Shown: positions 1 through 10,242 of the stretch, one piece after another | Layout: each line of letters starts with the position of its first letter | Position numbering within the stretch: the first letter of the stretch is position 1 | Assembly: GCA_943332515.1 (NCBI GenBank) | Contig: CALQPR010000019.1 | Span: forward strand, 1,803-65,802 | DNA length: 64,000 nt | Direction: 5' to 3' | Source: Pedosphaera parvula Ellin514 | Lineage (GTDB): Bacteria > Verrucomicrobiota > Verrucomicrobiia > Limisphaerales > JADJPG01 | The notes under the pieces: model-generated | The model's database searches: none | The model's input: the letters and a program-made list of their open reading frames with translations, nothing else | Told to the model about the DNA's origin: nothing | Translations under genes and position numbers: made by a program

Positions 1-2
1 TG

Positions 3-2588
3 GAGCGCGTGGGCGAAGGTGGTTGCGGCGTGGTGTATGTGGCGGAGCAGACTGAACCGGTGCGCCGGCGCGTGGCGCTCAAGGTCATCAAGCTGGGCAT
101 GGACACCAAGCAGGTCGTCGCGCGGTTCGAGGCCGAGCGGCAGGCGCTGGCCATGATGGATCATCCCAACATCGCCAAGGTGCTGGATGCCGGCACCATC
201 GGTGCCTCCGACTCTCAACTCTCAACTCCCAGCTCTCAACTTCCCCAAGGCCGTCCCTACTTCGTCATGGAGCTGGTGCGCGGCATCCGCATCACGGATT
301 ACTGCGACCAGGCGCAGCTCTCCACCAAGGACCGGCTCGACCTGTTCATCAAGGTCTGTCACGCCATCCAGCACGCGCACCAAAAGGGAATCATCCACCG
401 CGACATCAAGCCTTCGAACATCCTGGTCACGCTGCATGACGGCGTGCCCGTGCCCAAGGTGATCGACTTCGGCATCGCCAAGGCGACGGAAGGGCGGCTG
501 ACGGACAACACGGTTTACACGCAGTTGCACCAGTTCATCGGCACGCCGGCTTACATGAGTCCGGAACAGGCGGAGATGAGCGGGCTGGACATCGACACGC
601 GCAGCGACATCTACAGCCTGGGCGTGTTGCTCTACGAACTGCTGGCCGGCAGCACGCCGTTCGACGCAAAGGAACTCATGGCCTCCGGCATCGACGTGAT
701 GCGGAAAACGATTCGCGAGAAGGAGCCGGTGCGCCCGAGCACTCGGCTCGCGACGATGGGAGCCGACGAACTCACGACCACGGCCAAGCGCCGCTCCGCC
801 GACAACTCGAAGCTGCTGCACCAGCTCAAGGGCGACTTGGACTGGATCGTGATGAAGTGCCTGGAGAAGGATCGCCAGCGCCGCTACGACACAGCCAACG
901 GACTCGCCGCCGATTTGAAGCGGCATCTGAACAACGAACCGGTTGTCGCCCGTCCGCCGAGCGCGGCCTACAAATTCCAAAAGGCATTCCGGCGGAACAA
1001 GCTGGTGTTCGCGGCGGGAACGGCGGTGGCGACGGCGCTGATCGTCGGTCTGACTTTCAGCGCCTGGCAGGCGGTGCGAGCGGAGAGGGAACTGCGCCGC
1101 GCCCGCGCGGCGGAGGTCCAGGCGCTCACCGAGAAGGCCAATGCCCAGGCCGCGCTCCAGTTTATCCAGGAGGACGTGTTGAGCCAGGCCAGCCCCGGTT
1201 ATCAGCCGGATCGCGAGCTGACCGTCCGCGCCTTGCTCGACCGCATCGGCGGCCGGCTCGACGGCACCGGCGGACGTCCGCCCCTGGTCGAGGCTTCCAT
1301 CCGGCAGACGCTCGGCTCCGTCTATACGGAACTCGGCGATTACGCCAAGGCCATCGAGCATTTTGAGAACGCGCTGCGCATCCAGCGCGAGCACCTTGGC
1401 GAGAGCCACCTGGACACTCTGCGGTCACTGAATGGTCTGGCCACGGCTCGCTGGTGGGGTGGCTCGCCGTCTCTCGCCGAACCCCTCACCCTCCAGGGAC
1501 TCGAAGCGAGCCAGCGGGCCTTGGGTGAAAAGCACCCGCTCACGCTCCAGTTCATGCAAACGCGGGCCATCGTCTTGATGTTCCTAGCCGAAACACCGTG
1601 GGCCGAAGTGGAGGCGCTGTTTCTCCGAACGCTGGCATTGCACCGTGAAGTTCTGGGTGCGGACGACCCGGGGACATTGCGGCTGATTTACGGCTTCGGT
1701 CTGGGCTACAGTTATCATTTTCAGTCGGCGAAGGTGGAGCCATTGGTCGTGGATGCCCTCGATCGAGCCCGTCGCGTGCTGGGCGAGAAACACCCCACCA
1801 CCAGCAGCCTGACGGCACTCCTGGCCTTGGACTATCGGATGTTGAACCAACTTGAGAAGGCCGAAGCCATGGCGCTCCGTGCCGTGGAACTGCGCCGCAG
1901 CACCCTCGGCGAGGACCATCCTCTGACCCTGGCCGCCGTTTGCATACTGGCCCAGATCTATGTCATGCAACAGCAGTTCGACAAAGCCAAGCCGCTCACG
2001 GAACGGGCCCTCGATCTCAGCCGGCGCCTGCCCCTGGAGAAGAGCGTGTTTTCGGCTGTGAGTCTGAGCGTCTTGGGGTGGTTTTACCTCGAACAAGGCG
2101 ATGTCGCCCAAGCCGACATCCTGTGCGAACTGGGGTGGCAGGCCATGCGGCGGAACCCAACCTTCGCTCCAGTGATGAACGCGCAGATCATCGCCAACCT
2201 CGGCGCGGTCCGTTTGGCCCAGCAGAAATACGCCGAGGCCACAACGCTGCTGCGGGAAGGTTTGCGCCTGTCGGAGAAGCACGACGTGGACGCGGGCTAT
2301 CGGCTTTATGTGATGAACCTGCTCGGCGCGAGTCTGGCGGGCCAAAAGAATTACGCCGACGCCGAACCGCTCCTGCTCGAGAGCTGCCAGGGGCTCCAGC
2401 AGCGCCAGGCCAGCCTGCCCCCGTATCTCAACGCCCCGCGCCGGATCACGGAAGCCCTCGAACGGCTGGTGCAACTCTACGACGCCTGGGGCCAACCCGC
2501 CCAGGCCGCCGAGTGGAAACAGAAACTGACCGCGTTCCAGCAAGCCAGCAAAGTCAACGACAACAAATCCAAACTCCGTAATCCATGA
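3..2588 (+). CDS. Ser/Thr protein kinase with one TM segment and C-terminal TPR repeats (5'-partial)
   Basis: [10 protein letters not shown]-loop, [28 protein letters not shown]; TM at [17 protein letters not shown]; repeated LGEKHPxTL TPR units; frame is open to the window edge. Confidence 0.95.
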   Translation, partial: ERVGEGGCGVVYVAEQTEPVRRRVALKVIKLGMDTKQVVARFEAERQALAMMDHPNIAKVLDAGTIGASDSQLSTPSSQLPQGRPYFVMELVRGIRITDYCDQAQLSTKDRLDLFIKVCHAIQHAHQKGIIHRDIKPSNILVTLHDGVPVPKVIDFGIAKATEGRLTDNTVYTQLHQFIGTPAYMSPEQAEMSGLDIDTRSDIYSLGVLLYELLAGSTPFDAKELMASGIDVMRKTIREKEPVRPSTRLATMGADELTTTAKRRSADNSKLLHQLKGDLDWIVMKCLEKDRQRRYDTANGLAADLKRHLNNEPVVARPPSAAYKFQKAFRRNKLVFAAGTAVATALIVGLTFSAWQAVRAERELRRARAAEVQALTEKANAQAALQFIQEDVLSQASPGYQPDRELTVRALLDRIGGRLDGTGGRPPLVEASIRQTLGSVYTELGDYAKAIEHFENALRIQREHLGESHLDTLRSLNGLATARWWGGSPSLAEPLTLQGLEASQRALGEKHPLTLQFMQTRAIVLMFLAETPWAEVEALFLRTLALHREVLGADDPGTLRLIYGFGLGYSYHFQSAKVEPLVVDALDRARRVLGEKHPTTSSLTALLALDYRMLNQLEKAEAMALRAVELRRSTLGEDHPLTLAAVCILAQIYVMQQQFDKAKPLTERALDLSRRLPLEKSVFSAVSLSVLGWFYLEQGDVAQADILCELGWQAMRRNPTFAPVMNAQIIANLGAVRLAQQKYAEATTLLREGLRLSEKHDVDAGYRLYVMNLLGASLAGQKNYADAEPLLLESCQGLQQRQASLPPYLNAPRRITEALERLVQLYDAWGQPAQAAEWKQKLTAFQQASKVNDNKSKLRNP
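212..246 (+). repeat. In-frame heptamer tandem repeat (CTCTCAA)n inside the kinase domain
   Basis: ctctcaa ctctcaa ctcccag ctctcaa cttcccc, encoding [11 protein letters not shown] between DAGT and GRPYF. Confidence 0.85.
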
Positions 2589-3967
2589 AACCAACCCACA
2601 TCACCACAGCTCTGTGCGCTGCCTTCCTCGGCAGCGCCATCCACATCGCATCCGCTGCGGCTGCTTCGCCGGAACCACTGCGCGCTCTCGTGGCCGGCCG
2701 GGTCGAGGCCGAGTATCCTTCGCTCTTCGCCATCTACACGAACCTGCACGCGCACCCGGAGCTTTCCTTCATGGAAGTGAAGACCGCCGCGCTCGTGGCG
2801 GGTGAGCTGCGCGCGCTCGGCTTCACGGTGACGGAGAAAGTCGGCAACACCGGCGTGGTCGGCGTGCTCACCAACGGTCCGGGTCCCACGGTGCTCGTCC
2901 GCGCGGACATGGACGGGCTACCCATCAAGGAGACCTCGGGCGTGTCCTACGCCAGCACCGACATCGTGAAGGATCTGTCCGGCAAGGATCAGCCCGCGAT
3001 GCATGGCTGCGCGCATGACACGCATGTCACCGGTTTCATCGGCACCGCCCGTCTGCTGGTGGCGCTGAAGGACAAGTGGGCGGGCACGCTCGTGCTCGTG
3101 GCTCAGCCCGCCGAGGAGATCGTCGCCGGCGCCCGCGCCATGCTGGCGGATGGGCTTTACACGCGTTTCCCGAAGCCGGACTTCGCCCTCGCGTTGCACA
3201 CGGACGCCATGCTGCCGGCCGGCGTCATCGGCTATGGCGAAGGGCCGTTCCTCGCCAGCGTGAGTTCGCTGGATATTCAGGTGCGCGGCGTTGGTGGCCA
3301 TGGTTCCGCTCCTGAAACGACCAAGGATCCCGTCGTGCTCGCCTCGCAGATTGTGCTCGCGCTCCAGACCATCGTGAGCCGCGAGCTCAAGCCCGGCACG
3401 GTCGCCGTCGTCACCGTGGGCACCATCCACGGCGGCCTGAAGCGCAACATCATCTCGGACGAAGTGAAGCTCGAACTGACGCTCCGGGCGTTCGACGACA
3501 AGGTCATGGCCCAGTTGGTCGCGTCCATCCGACGCATCTGTGCGGGGATTGCCCAAGCAGCTGGGCTTCCCGACGACCGCTTGCCCGTCGTCACTCTCAT
3601 GCCGGAATCGACCCCCTTGACGAGCAACGACCCCGTCCTCGCCCGCCGCCTCGCCGGCACGTTCACCGAGTGGCTAGGCGCCGACCGGGTGAGATTGTCG
3701 GCCCCGATCACCGGCGGGGAAGATTTCTCCGAGTTCAGCCGGCAAGGCGTTCCCATCTGCTTCTGGTGGGTTGGTGCCACGGATCCCGCAAAGTTCATCG
3801 AGAGCGAGCGCACCGGCGTGCCCGTGCCTTCAAATCATTCGGCCACCTTCGCCCCCGTCCCCGAGCCGACACTCAAGGCTTGCGTCACGTCCATGACCGC
3901 GGCCGTGCTGGAACTCATGGGCAGTAAGTCGGCAGCGAAGGAGAAAGCGGAAAGCAAGCGACCATGA
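2585..3967 (+). CDS. Secreted M20-family amidohydrolase
   Basis: [42 protein letters not shown] motifs; signal peptide; ATGA overlap with the kinase stop. Confidence 0.92.
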   Translation: MKPTHITTALCAAFLGSAIHIASAAAASPEPLRALVAGRVEAEYPSLFAIYTNLHAHPELSFMEVKTAALVAGELRALGFTVTEKVGNTGVVGVLTNGPGPTVLVRADMDGLPIKETSGVSYASTDIVKDLSGKDQPAMHGCAHDTHVTGFIGTARLLVALKDKWAGTLVLVAQPAEEIVAGARAMLADGLYTRFPKPDFALALHTDAMLPAGVIGYGEGPFLASVSSLDIQVRGVGGHGSAPETTKDPVVLASQIVLALQTIVSRELKPGTVAVVTVGTIHGGLKRNIISDEVKLELTLRAFDDKVMAQLVASIRRICAGIAQAAGLPDDRLPVVTLMPESTPLTSNDPVLARRLAGTFTEWLGADRVRLSAPITGGEDFSEFSRQGVPICFWWVGATDPAKFIESERTGVPVPSNHSATFAPVPEPTLKACVTSMTAAVLELMGSKSAAKEKAESKRP

Positions 3968-4413
3968 ACCCATCTCGCGAAGAAGCCCTGTTTGTGTTGG
4001 CGCTGGAAAAACCAGCGGAGAAGCGCGCCGCATTCTTGGACGCCATGTGCGAAGGCGACGCGGCGTTGCACCAGCGTCTCGACGCCCTGCTCGTTGCGCA
4101 CGAGCAGCCGGAAACGCTGCTGGCCGCACAGGTCGAATCTGCCCGACCCACGATCAAGCTCGACCTCGCCGACGCACCCGACGAAGCGGTGGGTCAGACG
4201 CTCGGGCGCTACAAGTTGCTCGAGCAAATCGGGGAGGGCGGCTGCGGCATGGTCTATGTCGCCGAACAGAAGGAACCGCAGCGCCCCAGCACGCAACTCA
4301 CGCAGGCGCTCGTAGCCGCCGAGGTAACGAGGCGGACTTCTGGAGGGGCTGAGGAATCCGCCTTCTCCTGCCGCAATATTCGCCGTGAGCGATGTCTGGA
4401 GTCGGTGGGCTGA
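3964..4413 (+). pseudogene. Internally deleted, truncated Ser/Thr kinase remnant
   Basis: N-terminus REEALFVLALEK...AFLDAMCEGD, then GRYKLLEQIGEGGCGMVYVAEQKEP; jumps to RPST, enters a REP-like arm and stops; catalytic core is absent. Confidence 0.85.
4311..4367 (+). repeat. GTAG-type REP arm (partial copy of the 23873-23942 element)
   Basis: cgtagccgccgaggtaacgaggcgga matches the left arm at 23873 at 25/26 nt; only tccgcct of the right arm remains. Confidence 0.85.
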
Positions 4414-4435
4414 AGCAATCTTCAACATTTGAACC

Positions 4436-6013
4436 GTGAAAACAACTCACACCATCACAGCTCTTTTCATCACCCTTCTCAGCGGTGTCACCCACTTTGT
4501 CAGCGCCGCTGAGCCGAGTGCGCCCGCTTTCAGGCCGGTCATCCCGAAGACCTGGGACGACGCGGCGATGGCCGAGCTCGAGATTCCACTGGCGAACTCA
4601 TCCGCTTCACCCAAGCAGGTCCCGGCTGACTTCTACTATCGCATTCCCGTCCGGCCGATCCATGCGAGCTATCCCGTCTATCATCCCGACCGGGAACCGC
4701 CCGGTTACTTCGACCAATTGCGCGCGAAGGAACCGATCGTTCTTTGGGACGACAAAGGAGTGCGTCCCGCTTTGATGACGGAAGCGGACTGGATTGCGGC
4801 TGGCAAACTGGTCTTCGATTCGCCCATCGGCAGCGGCTCGGGTCGAATCGCTGCCTCCATGTCCACGAACCTGCCGGTGCGTGACCCCCGCTGGTATCGG
4901 GATGTGTCGGCGCCGCTCACTCCGGAGGGGATTCTTCCATTCTACCGCTACGTGATTCGCGAGCGAGGCAAGGTGGAAGTCGGCATCCTGAGCTGTGCGA
5001 TGTGCCACACCCGGTTGATGCCTGACGGCAGTGTGATTTCCGGCGCCCAGGGAAACTTCCCCTTCGGTGCCGTATTTGCCCGCGATTTCCGGGACGGGGA
5101 CGGCCTGGTCGAAATCAACCGCCGGCTGGAGCGGCAGCTTTACGCCGCTCCGTGGATTCAGCCCGACCCGCAGGCAGGACTGGGCGAAATGTCGCTCGAA
5201 CAAATCGCCTTGCCGCACAGCGTCATTCCACCCGGCGTTGTCTCGCGTCATCGGTCCAGCCCGATGTCGCCCGTGCAGGTGCCGGACCTGATCGGATTGA
5301 AGGATCGGCGCTACCTGGATCGCACGGGGCTGCAGCGGCACCGCGGCATCGTGGATCTGATGCGTTACGCCGCACTCAATCAAGGCGGCGATGACCTGGC
5401 TAGCTACGGTGGCTTCGTTCCGGCGACCGCGATCCCCGGCCGGATGCCGAGCCCGGAGCAAGCCGCCTTCGGCCGTTACAGCGATGAACAACTCTACGCG
5501 CTGGCCCTCTTTGCCTACTCGCTCAAACCGCCTCCGAACCCGAACCTGCCCAAGACCGACGAACAGAAGACGCTGGTCAATCGAGGAAGAGAAATCTTCA
5601 TGGACTCGAACCATCGCTGCGCGACCTGTCACAAGCCGCCGCTCTACACGAACAACAAACTCACACCCGCCCGCGGCTTCAATGCGCCGGAAAACCATTC
5701 CGAAGGAACCAATCTAATGTCCAGATCCGTCGGCACCGATCCGACACTCGCCACACGCACGCGCCGGGGCACCGGCTTTTACAAGGTCCCATCGCTCCTG
5801 GGACTCTGGTATCGCGGCCCCTTCGAGCACAACGGCTCCTGCGCCACGCTGGAGGACTGGTTCGACCCGCGCCGTTTGCGCGATGATTACGTGCCCACCG
5901 GCTGGAAAGGTCCGCCCTTCACCAAGACCCGCGCCGTCAAAGGCCACGAATTCGGCCTGGACCTTTCGCCAGAAGACAAAGCGGCGCTGATTGCGTTTCT
6001 GAAAACTCTGTAG
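4436..6013 (+). CDS. Secreted di-heme cytochrome c (peroxidase/RoxA-like C-terminal motif)
   Basis: Signal peptide; CAMCH and CATCH heme motifs; YKVPSLLGLWYRGPFEHNGS and GHEFG...LIAFLKTL C-terminus. Confidence 0.8.
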   Translation: MKTTHTITALFITLLSGVTHFVSAAEPSAPAFRPVIPKTWDDAAMAELEIPLANSSASPKQVPADFYYRIPVRPIHASYPVYHPDREPPGYFDQLRAKEPIVLWDDKGVRPALMTEADWIAAGKLVFDSPIGSGSGRIAASMSTNLPVRDPRWYRDVSAPLTPEGILPFYRYVIRERGKVEVGILSCAMCHTRLMPDGSVISGAQGNFPFGAVFARDFRDGDGLVEINRRLERQLYAAPWIQPDPQAGLGEMSLEQIALPHSVIPPGVVSRHRSSPMSPVQVPDLIGLKDRRYLDRTGLQRHRGIVDLMRYAALNQGGDDLASYGGFVPATAIPGRMPSPEQAAFGRYSDEQLYALALFAYSLKPPPNPNLPKTDEQKTLVNRGREIFMDSNHRCATCHKPPLYTNNKLTPARGFNAPENHSEGTNLMSRSVGTDPTLATRTRRGTGFYKVPSLLGLWYRGPFEHNGSCATLEDWFDPRRLRDDYVPTGWKGPPFTKTRAVKGHEFGLDLSPEDKAALIAFLKTL

Positions 6014-6015
6014 CC

Positions 6016-6162
6016 ATGAATTCCACTCGGGAGGAACTGTTGTTTGCGCTGGCTCTCACCAAGACCGTCGCTGAACGAAGCGTCCGGCTCGACCGGGAAT
6101 GCGACGGCGATCCTGCGCTTCGCGCGCGGTTGCCGGCACATGCACCGTGGAATAATTTCTGA
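6016..6162 (+). pseudogene. Second Ser/Thr kinase N-terminal stub (48 codons)
   Basis: My translation MNSTREELLFALALTKTVAERSVRLDRECDGDPALRARL... aligns with [39 protein letters not shown] at 3964. Confidence 0.8.
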
Positions 6163-6209
6163 ATCAAACCAATCGTTTCATCAGACTCCACCGTCACCCA
6201 ACGAACCCC

Positions 6210-8648
6210 ATGAATACAAAAACCAACATTGGACTTGTCCTCATCGGATGGCTTGCCTGTTTCCCGCTGTCGGCGGGTGAAACCGCCTCCGCCACCAACA
6301 GTCTCATCCAATCCATCCGGGCGGGGAATCAAGCCGCCATTCGCGCGCAGCTGAAGACCGGAACTAGCCTCGCGGTTCGAGACTCGCGCGGCAACACGGC
6401 CCTGCACTGGGCGGCGCTCGCCAACGATGCGCGTCTCGTGGCGCGGCTGCTCGCCGCCGGCGTTGATCCCCGCGTCACCAACGCCGTCGGCGCGACACCC
6501 CTCCATTACGGAACCGGGAACGACGCCATCGTCCGTGAGTTGCTTCGGGCCGGCGCGAACCCAAACGCCAAATCAGTCCTCGGTGGGACGCCGTTGCATT
6601 CCGCCGCCGCACGTCCGAACGCCTATCGAAGCGTAAAACGGCTGCTCGACGCGGGTGCTGCAATAGAAGCCCAGCGCCTGGCGATGCCTTTCTCCGATCC
6701 CAGCGCGGGACCCTTGAGTTTCAACAACCCGCTGACCTTGGCGCTTTTCTATGGCGACCCGCGCTCCGCGGGGGTGCTCCTGGACCACGGCGCGGCCCCC
6801 GGCGTCACGAACTATTTCACTCCAGTCGGGGCGGCGGCGTTCCGGGGGCTCGACGACTGGGTCGCCAAGTTGGTGCAACACGGTGGTCCGGTGAACTTCG
6901 ACGAAGGTTTCCTGGGTCACTCGTTGAATATTCTGCTCTATACGGACCATCGCCATTCCGTCCCCTTTCTGATCGAGCACGGGGTTGATCTGCATCAGAG
7001 GACCTCGTTCGGCGAGCGGACGCCGCCGATGGTCTGGTCCGCCTACACTGAGAACGCCGACCTGTCGGTGGCGAAGGCGCTTTTGGCCCAAGGGGTGGAC
7101 GTCAACGAAGCGACCGGTGCGGGGCACACCGCGCTCGATTGGGCAATGAAACGTGGCGAAACGCCACTGGTGGCTTACCTCCGTTCGCAGGGCGGCACCA
7201 ACAGCCTGGCTGGGGCGCGGGCAAAGGAGGTTCCGCGGAACCTCATTCCCGCTGATGCAAACGGGCGTGCCGCCATGCGGCGCGCCGCCGTGCAGAAGGC
7301 CGTGGATATTTTGCAGCGGTCATCCGACGGCTTTCTGGCCAATGGTTTCGTCAAGAAACAAGGCTGCGTCTCCTGTCATCATCAGACCCTGCCGGCCATC
7401 GCGTTTGGGCGCGCCCGCGAGCGAGGGTTCCACCTGGACGATGCCTCCCTCGCCCGTCAACTCATCGCACAGCATGCCCTCTTGTTGAAGGGCCGCGACT
7501 CCGCCTACGAACTGGTGGAACCAACTGGCGATTCGCCAGCCAGCCTCGGCTACGGCTTGGTGGGAATGAAAAGCCTCGGCTACGCACCCGACGAAGCCAC
7601 CGAAGCGATGGTTTGGTATGTAGCGAATTCGCAATTCGCGGACGGTTCCTTCCCCGCTTTCGACCGCCGCCCGCCGATGGAAGAGGGGCAGATGATTGGA
7701 ACCGCGTTCGCGATAGGCGCGCTCCGGCAATATCCCCAGCCACTCAAAGCGGTGGACCTAGAACGCACCTTCGCCAAGGCGCGGGGCTGGCTGATGAAGT
7801 TCGAGCCTCAAGATCCCAACCAACAGATCCATCGCCTGCTCGGTCTGGGCTGGGCCGGAGCCAAGCCTGTCGAATTGAAAAAGTTCGTGCGCGAAACCCT
7901 GTCCGCCCAACGCGCCGACGGCGGCTGGGCACCGTTGCCGACGCTCGCGAGCGACGCGTGGGCGACGGGCCTGACGCTGTTCGTGCTGCACGAAGTCGGT
8001 GGCATCACGGCCCGCGACGAGCGTTACCGGCGCGGCGTGGATTTCCTGCTGCGCACCCAGTTCGCCGACGGCTCGTGGTGGGTGCCAACGCGCACCTGGC
8101 CGCTGCAACCGCACTTCGACAGCGGCTTTCCTCACGGACGGGACCAGTGGATTTCCGCGGGCGGCACCGCATGGGCCGCCATCGCTCTTATGAACGAGAT
8201 CGAACCGACCGCCAAACAGGAGAGCTTCCCGACCGCGCAAGGGCTGATGGCGAAGTATTCCAAGCCGGCGACCGAACCCACGCCGACTGCAAAGGCCGCC
8301 ATGCCCGCCGACCCAGTCTTCACGCGCGACATCCTGCCGATCTTCCAGAAGTCCTGTTTCGATTGCCACAGCGGCGAGAAGTTGAAGGGCGATTTCAGCC
8401 TCGAGACCGTCGCGGGCCTGCTCAAGGGCGGCCAGAGCGGTGAGCCAGCGATCGTTCCCGGAAAGCCGGACGCCAGTCCGTTGATCCGCATGGTGACCGA
8501 TCAAGTGGAAGACCTCGAAATGCCGCCATTGGGCAAACGAGCGAAGTATCCGGCGCTGACGAAGGATGAGATTGCAAAACTCAGCGGCTGGATCGCGCAA
8601 GGCGCGAACTGGTCCGAGGGCACAACACTCAAAACGCCTGCGCAGTGA
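6210..8648 (+). CDS. Secreted ankyrin-repeat / prenyltransferase-squalene-cyclase-like repeat / planctomycete-type cytochrome c fusion
   Basis: GNTALHWAA, GATPLH, GGTPLHSAA ankyrin repeats; CVSCHH; QFADGSF, QRADGGW, QFADGSW QW-like motifs; C-terminal FTRDILPIFQKSCFDCH...MPP...WIAQGA. Confidence 0.85.
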   Translation: MNTKTNIGLVLIGWLACFPLSAGETASATNSLIQSIRAGNQAAIRAQLKTGTSLAVRDSRGNTALHWAALANDARLVARLLAAGVDPRVTNAVGATPLHYGTGNDAIVRELLRAGANPNAKSVLGGTPLHSAAARPNAYRSVKRLLDAGAAIEAQRLAMPFSDPSAGPLSFNNPLTLALFYGDPRSAGVLLDHGAAPGVTNYFTPVGAAAFRGLDDWVAKLVQHGGPVNFDEGFLGHSLNILLYTDHRHSVPFLIEHGVDLHQRTSFGERTPPMVWSAYTENADLSVAKALLAQGVDVNEATGAGHTALDWAMKRGETPLVAYLRSQGGTNSLAGARAKEVPRNLIPADANGRAAMRRAAVQKAVDILQRSSDGFLANGFVKKQGCVSCHHQTLPAIAFGRARERGFHLDDASLARQLIAQHALLLKGRDSAYELVEPTGDSPASLGYGLVGMKSLGYAPDEATEAMVWYVANSQFADGSFPAFDRRPPMEEGQMIGTAFAIGALRQYPQPLKAVDLERTFAKARGWLMKFEPQDPNQQIHRLLGLGWAGAKPVELKKFVRETLSAQRADGGWAPLPTLASDAWATGLTLFVLHEVGGITARDERYRRGVDFLLRTQFADGSWWVPTRTWPLQPHFDSGFPHGRDQWISAGGTAWAAIALMNEIEPTAKQESFPTAQGLMAKYSKPATEPTPTAKAAMPADPVFTRDILPIFQKSCFDCHSGEKLKGDFSLETVAGLLKGGQSGEPAIVPGKPDASPLIRMVTDQVEDLEMPPLGKRAKYPALTKDEIAKLSGWIAQGANWSEGTTLKTPAQ

Positions 8649-8660
8649 AACGGCCGCCTC

Positions 8661-8743
8661 CCTGGGACCGCCGGCGAGTTGAATTGAAAATGAACAACGC
8701 AAACGTAACCGCAAAATGCCGGCGAGACGCCGGCGCTCCCAGG
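8661..8743. repeat. REP-like inverted repeat with a degenerate left arm
   Basis: cctgggaccgccggc ... gccggcgagacgccggcgctcccagg. Confidence 0.65.
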
Positions 8744-8824
8744 AACAATTGCCAACGGCGACCTGGGGCGAAATCCTCTGGATCAAATCAGCCACCTCGC
8801 CAAACTCCGGCACGCACCAACGCC

Positions 8825-10190
8825 ATGAACACACGAATACTCAAACGATCAGCATCACGACCAAGCGAACCTCTTTGCCGCCTTCGGCTTCTCCGTCGCG
8901 CCACCGTCAGCGCGTCATGGCTCCTGCTCGTCGTGCCCATGTTGTTTTCCGTCCGCCTGCCAGCGGCCGAGCGCACCCTGCTGCATTGTGGTCGATTGAT
9001 CGACGTGAGCGCCGGCCAAGTCCGCGAGCAAATGACCGTCGTCGTCGTCAGCAACCGGATCGCCGCCGTGGAATCGGGCTACGTGCCGGCGGGCCCGGCG
9101 GACACGATCCTCGATTTGAAGCAGCGCACGGTGTTGCCTGGACTCATGGATCTTCATGTCCATTTGCAGCTCAGTTTCGGTCCGCAAATTTACCTCGAGC
9201 GCTTTCAGCTCAATCCCGAGGACAGAGCGCTGCTGGCGGCGCACCACGCCCGCGTGACCCTGCGCGCGGGCTTCACCACCGTGCGCGATCTCGGCGGCGA
9301 ACAGGTGGTTGCCCTGCGCAACGCCATTGCGAAAGGTATCGCGGAAGGTCCGCGCATCGTCGCGGCAGGACGGGCGATCGCGGTGACCGGCGGCCATGCG
9401 GACCTAAGCAACGGCATGCGCCGCGACTTGCAGGGCGATCCCGGACCGGACCACGGCGTCATCAACGGACCCGATGACGCGCGCAAAGCCGTGCGCCAGC
9501 GTTACAAGGAGGGGGGCCGATGTCATCAAGATCACCGCCACGGGCGGCGTGCTGAGCGTGGCCAAGGACGGTTTCCGTCCGCAGCTCACGGCGGAGGAGA
9601 TCCAGGCCGTCATCGAGACGGCGACGGATCTGGGCATGACCACCGCCGCGCATGCCCACGGCAGCGAGGGGATGAAGCGTGCGGTCCTGGTAGGCATCAC
9701 CTCCATCGAGCATGGCACCATGATGACGGAAGAGGTCATGGACCTGATGAAGGCCCGCGGCACCTGGTATGTGCCCACGTTGAGTGCCGGCAAGTTCACC
9801 GAGGAGAAGGCCAGGGTGCCGGGCTACTATCCCGCCATTGTCGCGCAAAAGGCCCTCGCGGTGAGCCCGCTCATGATGAACACCTTTCGCACGGCGATCG
9901 GCCGCGGGGTGAAAGTCGCCTTTGGGACCGACGCCGGCGTGTTTCCGCACGGCGACAACGCGAAGGAGTTTGCTTACATGATTGAGGGCGGGATGCCGCC
10001 GATGGCCGCAATTCAAAGCGCGACGTTGAATGCGTCTCGGTTGCTCGGCATGGAAAAGGATCTGGGAACGCTGGTGGCCGGCAAGTTCGCCGACCTCATC
10101 GCCGTGGCAGGCAACCCGGTCGAGGACATCACCGAGTTGCAACGGGTGAAGTTCGTGATGAAGGATGGCCAGATCGTGGTGAACAAGTGA
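8825..10190 (+). pseudogene. Secreted metal-dependent amidohydrolase (Xaa-Pro dipeptidase-like), +1 frameshift at a G6 run
   Basis: PGLMDLHVH and GFTTVRDLG in one frame; DVIKITATGG, AHAHG, SIEHG, FGTDAG in the next; removing one G at 9511-9516 restores RYKEGADVIK. Confidence 0.85.
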
Positions 10191-10242
10191 TCGCGTTGAA
10201 AGGACCGAGTCCGAAGAAAGAATTACCTGAACCCTGCCAACC

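Noticed and set aside
8645-8824. N-terminal extension of the amidohydrolase ORF
   Set aside because: It is read-through of a REP-containing intergenic region; the better start is ATG 8825
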